Under the pieces are notes generated by a model. It did no database searches, had not been told where the DNA came from, and saw only the letters and a program-made list of their open reading frames with translations. Below, one piece after another: positions 11,301 to 23,341 of a stretch of 64,000 bases of DNA. Numbering within the stretch: the first letter of the stretch is position 1; every line of letters begins with the position of its first letter. A program made the translations under genes and the position numbers. The stretch is from contig CM075992.1 in the NCBI GenBank assembly GCA_038087875.1, positions 10,976,001 to 11,040,000 on the forward strand. The letters are read 5' to 3'. This DNA comes from Malacoraja senta (taxonomy: Eukaryota).

Positions 11301-12424
11301 ACTCATCAGACTCAGGCACCTCAGGTACCACAGGTGCCTTCTGTGTACCCACCAAAGCCACAGGCTTTGCATTTTTCTGCTTCAGAACGGGACACGCCTT
11401 TAACATGTGCCCTCTCCCTCTACAATAGTAGCACACAGGACCTTCGTTAGTCCTAAAATTTCCGTCAACCTTATTAGCTTGGACCTCCCCCTGTATCAAC
11501 GTGCTGCCACTTGCAGGCACAGAATCACCTTTGATACTGCCACCGGCGACTCCACCACGATCAACCGGCCGTGCACCAAAACTATAGGATCGCCCAACAA
11601 AATCAGTTTTATGAGTCAACATATACTCATCAGCCAACACCGCGGCCTTAGACAACTCATTCACCTTCTGCTCATTAAGGTAAGTAGTAACCCTCTCAGG
11701 GAGACAGTTCTTAAAGTCTTCCATAATCATCAAGGCCCGCAGTTGCCCAATATCCTTCACTCCTTGAGAAGCGCACCGCCTGTCAAAAAGTGCCTCCTTC
11801 TCCCTAGCAAACTCCACATAAGTCTGACTCAAACTTCCTAAAGCGCCGGAATTTCTGCCGGTACGCCTCTGGAACTAATTCATAAGCCCTTAATACTGCA
11901 GACTTCACACACTCATAGTCCAGACTGCTTTCAACAGACAAAGACGAGTACACCTCCCGTGCTTTACCCACAAGGTCACACTGCAATAGCAAGGTCCACA
12001 CTTCCCTAGGCCACTTCAAGGACAAAGCCACCCGTTCAAACACTGTGAAAAACTTGTCCTCATCCTTCTCGCTAAAGGGGGGAACCAGGCAGATGTTCTT
12101 GCTCATATCAAACTCCCGTTCCCTAGAAGAAACCCGGGAGGCATCCAATTCCTTCTCCCGCAGCCTAATCTCTGCCCTCTTGGTTTCCTCCTCAGCCCTC
12201 TTGGTTTCCTCCTCAGCCCCACGCAGCTGAATCTCTGCTCTTTTGGTCTCCTCCTCTCTCATTGCCAGCTCTAACTCCTTCAACCTAATGACTGCCTCCA
12301 TGTCCTGACCAGGCTGAACAGATGGTGTGGGACTGTCTGCACCACCAGGCAAAACCCCACCCTCCACCAACGCAGCCCACAACACCGATTTAATGGACTG
12401 AATGTGGGTTAATAGGCACTTCAT
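11300..12424 (-). pseudogene. Gmr1-like gag (coiled coil, capsid/SCAN-related region, CCHC knuckle), frameshifted
   Basis: EEETKRAE repeats; GKAREVY...AVLRAYELVPEAYRQKFR; CYYCRGRGHMLKAC. Confidence 0.85.
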
Positions 12425-12667
12425 AGTTCTCTGCCAGAATAATCAAATGCTCCTTCGTACATCTATCAAACAACTCCCGACTAGGAGCCTCAATAAAGTC
12501 CTTCCCTTTAAACTCCATATTAAATGTAGCACCAAACCACCAGCTAAACCCTGGGCACCAATGCTACCACAAACAGGGAAGAAAATTTCCCTCACAACAC
12601 AGACTTCCTTAGTCACCAGAAGCCTACCAAAAAAAAAACCCAAAACGTCTAGGGTCCTCAAAACTTA

Positions 12668-12680
12668 GGACAAGCCCCCA
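12668..12680 (-). promoter_or_regulatory. Primer binding site, tRNA-Pro
   Basis: TGGGGGCTTGTCC 3 nt after the LTR; complementary to the tRNA-Pro 3' end GGACGAGCCCCCA with 1 mismatch. Confidence 0.8.
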
Positions 12681-12683
12681 TTT

Positions 12684-13266
12684 TGTTACGACTCCCGAAT
12701 GCAGGTACTTCAGAGCCGCGTAACATAATTCAAAAACCAGGTTCAAGTTCAAAAATAGTTTTAATTATTCAATGGAACACAAAACCCAAACCTGATTCAA
12801 ACAACCCAGTCAGGGATATGGATGGACTGACAAACAATTTAACAGTGCTCCAGCCAGCCACGTGATGGACCGTCGAACCGGAGACTCTAAAACCTGCCTA
12901 AAGAGATATAACCCTGAAACAAAATACACGAAAACACTAAGATCTGCCCTTATCCGTCCCAATTCAATATTTGTTAATAAGTAATGGTGAAAGGACACAA
13001 AGTTCTATGCCAGGTGGCCAGGCCTTCCGCAGCTCACTCCAGCAGTCAGCTCACAAGTCAGAGTCGACGAAGAAGAGCCAGAATCCTGAGAGACTCTGGT
13101 ATTTAAGCTTCAGATGAGTCACCCGTCACCTGACGCAGCTTGGCCAATCGGGTACAGGAGCCTTTTAACACTTTGATTCCAGACTCACAGCCACAAGGCC
13201 TGCACTCGGGAAAGAAACAGAGAAAGGTAAGTACATAGCATTCACCAGGGGGGGAAGCGCCTAACA
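12684..13266 (-). repeat. 5' LTR (583 bp)
   Basis: TGTTA...TAACA inverted termini, adjacent PBS, sharp junction to L1 sequence. Confidence 0.85.
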
Positions 13267-16200
13267 AGGCTCAATAACAATCAGTGACCATGCGCCCATA
13301 ATTCTCATCCTGGAGCTAGGAAAAGAAAAGTGCTTTATATACTGGAGAGCAAACATTTCTTTACTGACCGATACTGTAGTGACTCAGGAAATTAGGAACT
13401 GTATTGAAGAGTAATTTGACAACAATGATAACAGTGAAGTAACACCATCCACTCTTTGGGATGGAGCAAAAGCAATAATAAGGGGTAAAATGATCGAAAT
13501 ATCGAGTAAAGTAAGAAAGAATAGGCTGAAGAAGCAATCTGACCTTGAAAGTAAAATAAAGGTATTAGAAGTAGAACATAAAAATAACAATAAAAATAAG
13601 AATCTTTTAAATGAACTAAAACAAAAAAGACATGAGTTAGAAGAGCTTTTAACATGCAAAGCGGAAGGAGCCCTGCGATTTCTAAACCAAAAATACTACA
13701 AGAAGGGAAATAGGGCTAGTCGCCTTTTGGCAATTCAGCTGCGCAAGGAGCAAGCTAATCGAGTGGTTTCCAAAGTTTCACACCCGACCTCTAGAAATTT
13801 AGTTTCACAACCACGAGAAATTGCAGAAGCGTTTGCATCCTTTTTTGAACAACTATACGACTCTCCTGAAATCATAGCTAAGGAGGAAAAGATTAGAACT
13901 TTCTTTTCTGGATTAAATAAACCCTTTCCCAAGAAGAAGCGATAAATATGACAACTCAAATAGAAGAGCAGGAAATAAAAGAAGTCATAAAACAATTAAA
14001 GAATAACAAGTCCCCGGGGACTGTTGGGATTTCGTGAGAGTTTTATAAGTGTTACAAGGACGAGCTCTCTCCGATTTTGGCCAGAGTCTATAATTATGCC
14101 TTGTCTGAAGGTAACCCACCTAAATCATGGGCTGAGGCTATAATTTCTGTCATCCATAAGGAAGGGAAAGATCCCACTAGATGCAAAGTCTATAGACCGA
14201 TAAGTCTCCTATGTAATGACCAAAAGATACTTAGCTCTATATTAACTAAGAATCCAAAAAATTATAACACAACTGATACATCCTGACCAAACAGGGTAGA
14301 CAGGGAGGCAATAATATCAGGCGTGTCCTTAACATCATGGCATGTGCAAAAAGGAAGCATCAGACTTCAATGTTACTCAGTTTAGATGCCCAAAAGGCTT
14401 TCGACAGAGTGGATTGGGTCTATCTTGAACATACATTAGATAAGATGGGGTTCCACACAAAATTTATAAATTGGGTGAAAGTACTATATTTAAATCCAAA
14501 GTCAAGAGTGAGGGTGCATGGGTGTTGCTCTGAGTTTTTTTAATTGAAGCGGGGAGTTAGACAGGGGGACAGTTTGAGTCCCCTGCTCTTTGATTTATGT
14601 TTAGAGCCGCTCGCTGAAACCATTAGGCAAGAGGATCATATAGAGGGTATTAAAGATGATAGGGCGGTGGAATATATAATTTCATTATTTGCGGATGATG
14701 TCATGCTGTATGTGAGCAATCCTATTTCCTCAGTGCCTCGCCTAATGCAAGTCTTAAAGGAATATGGAGTAGTATCTGGTTATAAAATAAATGATTCAAA
14801 ATCGGAAGCAATGATGCTGTCAGGTATATGGCCTTCGCAACTAAATGATCTGGTCAGGTTTCATTGGTCTAGGGAGGGTTTCAGATACCTAGGCATTGTC
14901 ATTACCCCCTCCATTTCAACACTTTGAAGCTAACTATGGAAAGCTACTAAAGGGGATAAAGGCAGATATGCTCAGATGGGAGATTCTCCCTCTATCTCTA
15001 ATAGGACCCTGATAGCATGGATAACAAATGATAAGGAAATGGGGTGGGTGAATATAGAGCAAAATTCATACCCCAGTACTGCCCTGGCAGGGCTCCCATT
15101 CCTAAGTCAAGCAAACTGGAAGAAATTAAAAACAGATAATTAATGGATTAAATTCACAATGAAAACTTGGCTGGTTAGAAAGCAACTAAATCTCTTCAAT
15201 TCTATATCTAGAGTACTGAAGATAGCTGCTATTCCTGATTTTATACCCAGCAAAATTGACAATGGTTTCAGAAATTGGGCGGACAAAGAGCTCACCACTG
15301 TGGATCGGCTTTTTTGTGGGGAAGTTTTGAAATCATATGAGCATCTTCAGAAAGAATTTGGTTTGTCAGGGACGGACTTTTTTAGATATCTCCAAATACG
15401 GCATTACCTGCAGACACACGTAGATTGGGAGCAGATATGTAAATCACCTTCTAATTTGGAAAGATCTTCCTGTTGACATTGGAGAGAGCGATAAAAAAAA
15501 ATCTGATATCCCACTTATATAAAGGACTTCAAGATTATGTAAAAGGAAACACTATAGAAACGAAACAGAAATGGGAATTGGAAATGAATATTATTATTAC
15601 TGACGAAACGTGGGAAAAGACATGTCTTTTGGGTCATAAGTTAACAAACAGCCCCGCCAGGAGGGAGTTTGATTGGAAAACTAGAATGAGAGTATTTAAG
15701 ACTCCTCTTATGTTAGCAAGATACAGCAACACCTCAGATCTATGCTGGAGACAATGCGGGAAGATTGGTGATCATACCCATATTTTGGGGGATTGTCCCA
15801 AATTGTATCAATATTGGAGAGATATTCAGGCGGAGATTAAGCTAATTTTGGGGGTGGATCTACCTCTGGAGCCGGCATGCTTCATACTAGATGAGACTCC
15901 AGAAAATATAGATACCAAAAATCAGACATACTTGCTTGGGGTGTTGCTGTTGATTGCAAAGAAGATGATTACAGTGTCATGGAGAAATGTAAAGCCACCA
16001 AATGTTCAACAGTGGAGAGAAAGACTGAAAAGTGTATATTTGATGGAAAGTATAACAGCTAAACTCCAGTTAAGGACTGATGCTTTCAACATTATGTGGA
16101 CTACATTATATTACTACAACTGCCAAGACTGATTAAGGACACGATTTCTCCATAGCCCCAGTGGAGGGGAGGAGTTTGATTGGTACTGTATACGCGTATT

Positions 16201-16513
16201 TGGAACCATATGTACAGACATGATTGTGACTGTTTATTAGTCCATACATAGGGGCGATCAATGACAAAATAAATTCTTCAACTGGCATACAAGTGTCTGG
16301 TTTAACATAACGGGTGACTATATATTAAGTAGAATTAAATATGATGAGCTTGCGTGGGTGCCTGTGAATCTGATGCTTCTGCGACAGAACTCTAGGATGA
16401 TCTGATGTGATGGTGACAGCTGCTGTGTGATTTGTATATCTTGTTTGTATGTGTACTTTGTCTTGTTAATAAATGTTCAGTGCAAAAAAAATAAAAATAA
16501 ACAAACAAAAAAA
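13267..16513 (+). mobile_element. L1/Tx1-clade LINE ORF2 pseudogene
   Basis: ISDHAP (EN end), YRPISLL, LDAQKAFDRV, GVRQGDSLSP, FADD, CWRQC...HILGDC, AATAAA and A-rich tail. Confidence 0.9.
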
Positions 16514-16531
16514 TCTTTTGAATACTGTTAT

Positions 16532-17568
16532 TAGGTATGTTACAAAACTTACCTTCAGTCGCGCTGTAATTCTGCCACTGGCCGTGTGCGCGATTTTGGC
16601 GCCTTTAAGGGGGGGCGGGGTTAAAACACGGGTTTCTCCTCCCTTGTCCTGGTTAATATTTTGTTGGAGTACAAGCGTTGGCTGAAGAATCGTTCCTAGT
16701 GGCGATTTGTGTATTTTTTATTTTTATTAAATCGTCAATGTCAGCGCTAGAGTCATTTTAAAAGCAGCTCCTGAAGCGTCAACGCCGATAACGGGGACGG
16801 ATTTTACACACGGGACAAGTAAACGAAAGTGGTTTCTTTAAATGTATAAAAGTGCTTCTTAAGAAGCCTTTAATTCACATTTTTTCATGCGACACGGTGA
16901 TTTTATTCCCCGAATTAACGGCAGTATTTTTCATGCCAATACGGGGTTAAATTCACCGCAAATCAACGTTCCAAAAGATCGCGTTCCAGAAATCCTCTCA
17001 CAAGATGATTTAAATGCCCATTAATTTACAGGTATTAAACATTCAATTCCTTCCATTTGGCCTGTAAATTCATGAAAATGAGATTTAAAAATTATGTTAT
17101 ATTGTGAATTATTGTGTGAATGTTATTTGGATACTTAGGCTATTTAAAAATGTTAATCTATTCTTGAGAAATTGATAGATGTTTAGATCTAGTAATTGAA
17201 TTTTGTAATTAGCTACAATTCGGTAACTAACTAATTATATGCTTTACTTTCACGTCTTCTAAGTAAGATTGTTTCATGTTTGTTTCAGAATGCTTCAAAC
17301 TATAATAACTGAAAATTTCTTTCAGTTATCTTAATTTTTAAGAAAGTTATGGGCTTTTAACTCCTCGATCACAGCTTTTGTGTTAAGTCAATGGAAAAGC
17401 AATAGGGAACAAGATGGTAATTTCCGAGTATGAAAATGGCCATAACTTCTTTAATACTGAAGATATGAAAGTGAATTAGGTGTCAAATTAAACTTCTTTT
17501 TATGCTTTATCTGATGGGATAAATTGCAGACTTTATTTTTAAAATCTCAAAATGTTGTAACATTGCTA
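16532..17568. mobile_element. Unclassified non-autonomous DNA element with short TIRs and 7-bp TSD
   Basis: TAGGTATGTTACAA ... TTGTAACATTGCTA (12/14 inverted match); CTGTTAT on both sides. Confidence 0.7.
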
Positions 17569-17722
17569 CTGTTATAGTATCTGCCTCAACGACCTCCTCT
17601 GGCAGGTTGTTCCATATACCCACCACCCACTAAAATAGTTGCCCCTCAGTTCCCTATTAAATCTTGCTCCTTTCACCTATGGCTTGGTTTTTGATTCCCC
17701 TACCTTTGGTAAAAGACACTGT

Positions 17723-17832
17723 GCCCCACTGTGCATCCTAGCTATGCCCCTAGTCATTTCCACACATGAATAATAGCTTCCTACCATCCAAGGAATAGTC
17801 CTACACATTCCAACATTTGGATTCACTATCTT
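17723..17832 (+). repeat. ~110-bp direct repeat, left copy (right copy ~19769-19880; partial third copy ~19900-19997)
   Basis: gccccactgtgcatcc...cactatctt repeated on both sides of the mini-L1. Confidence 0.85.
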
Positions 17833-19773
17833 TTTATTTTTTATTTTTTTATTAATTTATTTTTATTGGAAGCAATTGTACATCCTATCGATAAATCGCT
17901 CGGCATCGACCATCTACCATTATACAATTATTGTACAGCTTCATTTTTTTCAAATGTTATCATAACGAACACACAATAGACAGAAAACAAAAAACACCAA
18001 TAAAAGAAGAAAAAAAAACAAGAAAAAAAACGAGTGGGGGGCAGCCAGAATATCAATCAGAATGCAAGATCAAAATTCGCTCAGATTAAAGACATAGCAC
18101 AGCAGCAAAATAAACAGATCAGACAATTATGCCTCTTCAAGCAAAATCAAAAATGGTTTCCACACCTTCAAAAAATAATTTTGTAAATTCCCTTTGTTAA
18201 AACGAATCTGTTCCATCTTAGCAATAGAAAGCATTTCGTTGAGCCACCTCTTAAAACATGGGGAGAGTGGGGACTTCCAATTCAGTAATATTATTGTTTA
18301 CGCTGCAACCATACCTGCACTAAGAATCTGCTTCTGGTGGGAAGGAAGGGCTCTTGTATTGTCAGAGCAACCAAAAATAGCCAGATTACAATCAAGCGGA
18401 ATATTTATTCGACATTGTTTGGAAAGACAGTTAAATATGTCACTCCAGAAATTACTTAATACTGGACAGTGCCAAAATAAATGTGATAGTGATCCTTCTG
18501 CAGTACCACATCTGTCATACATGGAGGAAACGGATTCAAAAATCTTGTTAAGTTTGGTTTTAGAATAATGTAGTCTATGCAAGACTTTAAATTGAATTAA
18601 TCTGTATCTAGAACTAATAGAGCAACTCTGTATACCGGACAAACCTTCCTCCCACAGTTCATTTGACACAGGAGTGCCCAATTCTGCAGCCCAGGCCTCC
18701 CTGAGATGACCAGCTTCAACTGGTGTCGTAAAGGCAGTTACAAAGCGGGAGATCAAGTGTTTAGAGTCAGGCTGTGAGAGAAGTAGATCATAAAAAATGT
18801 GACTTTTTGGTTTGACTATGAATTCTGGGATACACTCCGGTACAAAACGCGACCCCTTTTAATTACATGACCAATACCCTTCACATTCCATGAGACTAAA
18901 GTTAAGTTGTTATTAATGCTGCTATGTGCAGTACTGTCATGTACTGACATTATCCCTGAGACAAAGACGATCTGGCATTCCTCCAAAAAAAACACAAAAG
19001 ACAATAAAAAACACATAAACACCACACATTGCGATGCAAAATACCACACTCACACAACCCCCTAAACATATTCCCTACCCACCCACAGAGTGCCTCCCCA
19101 ACGAAGCACGGGTGTCCCTCTAAGCTTGGGACCGCTAAAGAAGTTTCCAAGAAGTTTCAGTATCAGAGCCTCGATGAATTCCGTCGGTTTATCCCCTCTA
19201 GCTCAGGTATGCCGATAATTTTAATATTATTGCGGCGTGACCGACCCTCGAGGTCCTCCACCTTGAGCTTGAGTGCGCTGTTCTCATCCTTCAGGCCGGA
19301 GAATGACTTTTCCAGGAAGCTAATGCGGCTTTCTTGCTCCTCCACCTGCTCCTCGATAAACTCTACCTTCTCCAACAGTTCCTTTTGGGAGCTTTGTACT
19401 GCCTGAAGAGTCTGCTCCAACTTATCAAACCTGACATTAATGTGTTTGAGTATCTTATCGGAGACCTTCTCCCAGATCAGCGGCAAGTCATCGACGTCGT
19501 CACCACCTGTAACTTGACCCGGAGCTCGACTGGGGGAGCTGCCGCTAGCATTGCTAGCATTAACATTAGCTGAAGCTAGTCGGAGCGACTCAGTGTCTTA
19601 CATTTCTTGTGAGCATGACGTCCCGAAAAACCAGTTTAGCCGGACCTCTACTGTGTCAGGAAAGTTCCCGAGGCAGGTGAAAAAAAAATGTGAGGCTATA
19701 AAAATAACAAATATAAAGACTGGCACGGAGGAGCCTCTGGAAGCACGTCTACTTCATGCTCACTAGCGCCCCC
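17831..19773 (-). mobile_element. Internally deleted (non-autonomous) L1 retaining both ends
   Basis: GGGGGCGC 5' end; ORF1 N-terminus (LEGRSRRNNIKIIGIPE); ORF2 start (LVSWNVKG) joined to ORF2 C-terminus (IQFKVLHRLH, HLFWHCP); A-rich tail. Confidence 0.85.
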
Positions 19774-20409
19774 ACTGTGCATCCTATCTATGCCCCTAGT
19801 CATTTTCCACACATAAATAATAGCTTCCTACCATCCAAGGAAATAGTCCTACACATTCCAACATTTGGATTCACTATCTTGAGTGCTGGCTTTCTTTATT
19901 TTCCACACATGAATAATAGCTTCCTACCATCCAAGGAATAGTCCTACACATTCCAACATTTTGGATTCACTATCTTGAATGCCTGGCTTCTTTATTCATG
20001 TCAACTCTCACAAGTTGATAATTTATACGTGTGGCCTACTTGCTCCTATCCTTCAGTGCAAGCCTTCAGCAATGTCTTCACCTAAGCACCTCTTTGTCTT
20101 GGTTTCAAAGCATGGGCCATACACACACGCTCCAACTGTCCTTCTTGCAGCTGAACGAACATTGTTAAGTACATGTTGTAAATCCTGCTCCATACAATAC
20201 TAATATTTCCCCAGGATGAGCCAGTGTCATTATCTCCAGTTCCACAATTCCATTTCACACAACTGCTTCTCTCGAAAGGGAGTTCAACGAAAGGGCATCC
20301 ATCTGCATCTGTGATGTTTATAACAAAAGCCATGACTTACCTCTTGTCAGTGACGAATTGCAATGCCAGCACCCTGCATTTGTGTTGCATCTCTTCTGCC
20401 TGCACATGA

Positions 20410-21080
20410 TCCATATCCTCTAATACATTCATATACATGGACATTTCCTGAGTGCCTCTTAAATACCACTATCGTATCTTCCTCCCCCACCACCCCAGGC
20501 AGCGTGTTCCAGCCATTCACCACTCTCTGTGCAAAATGCTTGCCTCCAATATGTCCAAACTTTGCCCCCTCATTCTTTAATATTATGCACTCTAATCTTT
20601 GATAATTCCACCTGGGAATGAGGTTTTGATTATCTGGCCTTTTAATGCCTCTTGTAATTTTTTATAGTCCTACTATGTCTCCTCACAACCCCTGTTGCTC
20701 TGTAGAAAGCTATCTACGTTTTTCCAAACTCTCCTAGTAGTTAATACCACCTAATCCATGCAGCATTCTGATAAACCTCTCCTGCACAGTCTCCTGGGCC
20801 CCATGTGTTTCTTGTAATGGAGTGACTAGAACTGCATGCAATACTCCAAAATTGGCCCAACAAATGTCCTACAATGCTGCAACGTGACTTTGCCTTTTAT
20901 ACTTAATGCCCCGACCAGTGAAGGTAAGCATATTTTACTATTCTATATGATGCCTCCGTCAGGGTCCCATGGACCCAAACATCCCTCCATACATCAATGC
21001 TGTAAGGGATTTACCATTAACGATACATTTGACTTCCCAGGGTGCAATAGCTCACATTTGCTTGGATTAAACATTTTACC
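20410..21080 (-). mobile_element. Old CR1 3' fragment
   Basis: Minus strand VGPILEYCMQF and CR1 3'-end motifs. Confidence 0.65.
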
Positions 21081-21094
21081 ACCCATTTTTGTAG

Positions 21095-21430
21095 GTTTAG
21101 TTTAGTTGAGTTTAGTTTAGTTTAGTGGAGAGATACAGAGTGGAAACAGGCCCTTTGGCCCACTGGGTCTGCGCCGACCAGCGATCCTCGCATATTAACA
21201 TTATCCTATCACCCACTAGGGACAATTTTTCTGTTTACCAAGCTAATTAACGTACATACCTGTACGTCTTTGGAGTGTGGGAGGAAACCGAAGATCTCGG
21301 AAGAAAACCCACGCAGGTCACGGGGAGAACGTATAATTCTGTACAGACAGCACCCGTAGTTGGGATCAAACTCGGGTTTCCAGTGCTGCATTCACTGTAA
21401 GGCAGCAACTCTAGTGCTGCACCACCACCA
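21095..21430 (-). mobile_element. tRNA-derived V-SINE (HE1-like), near full length
   Basis: A/B-box-like head (ggtggtgcagc...gagtttgatccc), V-domain, (TAAAC)n tail. Confidence 0.85.
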
Positions 21431-21625
21431 AATTGAGTTTGGTGGCCTGCACTCCTGCTGAAATGCTGTGAAATGAGTTTGGTGGCGTGCACTGCCTGAA
21501 ATGCTGTGAATTGAGTTTGGTGGCCTGCACTCTGCCCGAAATGCTGTGAAATTGAGTTGGTGGCCTGCAGTCTGTCCGAAATGCTGTGAAATTGAGTTTG
21601 GTGGCCTGCACTCTGCTTGAAATGG
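21431..21625 (+). repeat. Minisatellite, ~40-bp unit, ~5 copies
   Basis: aattgagtttggtggcctgcactctgccgaaatgctgtga repeated. Confidence 0.9.
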
Positions 21626-21649
21626 AATTTCAAGAATAGCCGTGAGTGA

Positions 21650-21922
21650 ACTGCCACCCACCAGCCCTGAGTGACTGACCTGCCAGCCCACCAGAGTTGA
21701 GTGACAGCTGCCAGCCCACCAGCCCTGAGTGACTGAGCTGCCAGCCCGCCAGCTCTGAGTGACTGAGCTGCCAGCCCGCCAGCCCTGAGTGACAGAGCTG
21801 CCAGCCCACCAGTCCTGAGTGAGCTGCCAGCCCCCAGCCCTGAGTGACTGCGCTTCCAGCCCACCAGGCCTGAGTGACTGAAATGCCAGCCCACCAGGCC
21901 TGAGTGACTGAGCTGCCAGCCC
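21650..21922 (+). repeat. Minisatellite, ~30-bp unit, ~9 copies
   Basis: ctgccagcccaccagccctgagtgactgag repeated. Confidence 0.9.
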
Positions 21923-22562
21923 AAGAATCCATTCGGCCCACAATGTCCATACTAGCCCTCTGAAAACCAATCCCTTCGGCCCACAATACACATACTAGCG
22001 CCTCCCAGAAAGCCCCCTCCCCTCCCACTGGCCACCAATATTGGAATTGGTGGAGAGGTGGAATATTGCGTGTGAACATAGGACCCAACGGGTCCCACTT
22101 AGTCTAGTATATATATAACAAAAAGAACAGAGGTCCCAGCACAGCACAGATCCCTGCGGAACTCCGCTGGTCAGAAAACATCCTTCCACTACAACCCTCT
22201 GCCTTCCTACGAGTAAGGCGAGTTCTGAATCTAAATTATCAAATCACAATGGATGCCGTACTTCTTAATCTTCGGGATCAACGTACCAATGTTTCCAGAA
22301 TTGCTCTATTCTTGTCGAGAATAGTGAGGTCTTATTAGTTCACTAATAAGTCATAATTATCATAGTCATTACAGTATAATATCAACAAACGTAAAGCAGT
22401 CATATTTCCCTGTCATAGGTTGGTCAGTGCACCAGTAAATAGTGAGCTGTCTCTGTTTTCACCGAAAACAGACGAGAACCAACTGTGGTTAACCAGCGTT
22501 CGGAGTATTGTGTGCAGTTCTGGTTAATCCATGACAGGAAGGATGTGGAGGCTTTGAAGAGG

Positions 22563-22757
22563 GTTTAGTTTAGTTTGCATGGAAACAGGCCTTTCGGCCC
22601 ACCGAGTCATGCCGGCCAACGATCACCCATACACCAGTTCTATCCTACACTCCAGGGACAATTTATATGCCAATTAACCAACAAACCTGCATGTCTTTAG
22701 GATGTTGGAGGAAACCGGAGCACCTGGAGAAAACCCGTGTGATCACAGGGAGAAGGG
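22563..22757 (-). mobile_element. V-SINE 3' part inserted in a CR1
   Basis: (TAAAC)n tail and V-domain. Confidence 0.7.
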
Positions 22758-23341
22758 TACAGAAGACGTGTACCACAACTGTTTAAAGGTATTAGTTATA
22801 AGGAGATTTTGGACAAACTTGTCTTCTCTGGAGCATCAGAGGTTGATATGAAAGACAGAAACTTTGTTTAAGATGGAAATAGGGAGAATCAAGGGCATTA
22901 TCATCCAGTGAGCCTCGTGTCAGTGGTAGCGAAGCTATTAGGTTCTTCGGGATTGCATTTACTCCCATTTAGAACATAATGGGTTAATTAGAAACAGTCA
23001 GCACAGCTTTGTCCATGGCAGGTCATGTCTTACTAACTTAATCAGGTTTTTTGGAGGACTTGATTAAGCAAAACAAAACGTTTGCCCAGAAATTCATCTC
23101 TAGTCATAGAACATAGGTTTTAGGTGAAGGGGAAAAGATATATAGGATTCTGAAGGATAACATTTTCACACAAAGGATGGTGGATGTATGGAACTAGCTG
23201 CCAGAGGAGGTAGTTGAGTCAGGGATTATCCCAACATTTAAGAAACAGTTAGATAGGTACATGGATAGGACAGGTTTGGAGGGATTTGGACCAAAAGCTG
23301 CCAGGTGGGACTAGTGTAGCTGGAACTTTGTTGGCTGGTGT

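Larger units (their letters stand above)
6421..13266 (-). mobile_element. Gmr1-like Gypsy LTR retrotransposon (3' LTR not seen; truncated at gap)
   Basis: LTR, PBS, gag, protease, integrase, RT, RNase H in this order; inserted into the L1 starting at 13267. Confidence 0.92.
21431..22107 (+). mobile_element. Putative non-autonomous Helitron 3' part
   Basis: Hairpin GGACCC-aac-GGGTCC (22081-22095) followed by CTAG|T at 22104-22108; internal minisatellites. Confidence 0.55.

Noticed and set aside
20341..20399. Possible minus-strand exon ending in AG|GTAAGT
   Set aside because: Weak acceptor, no recognisable peptide, no partner exons
21247..22088. Long repetitive ORFs and a CRISPR-like appearance
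   Set aside because: Head-to-tail minisatellites with no unique spacers, in eukaryotic context
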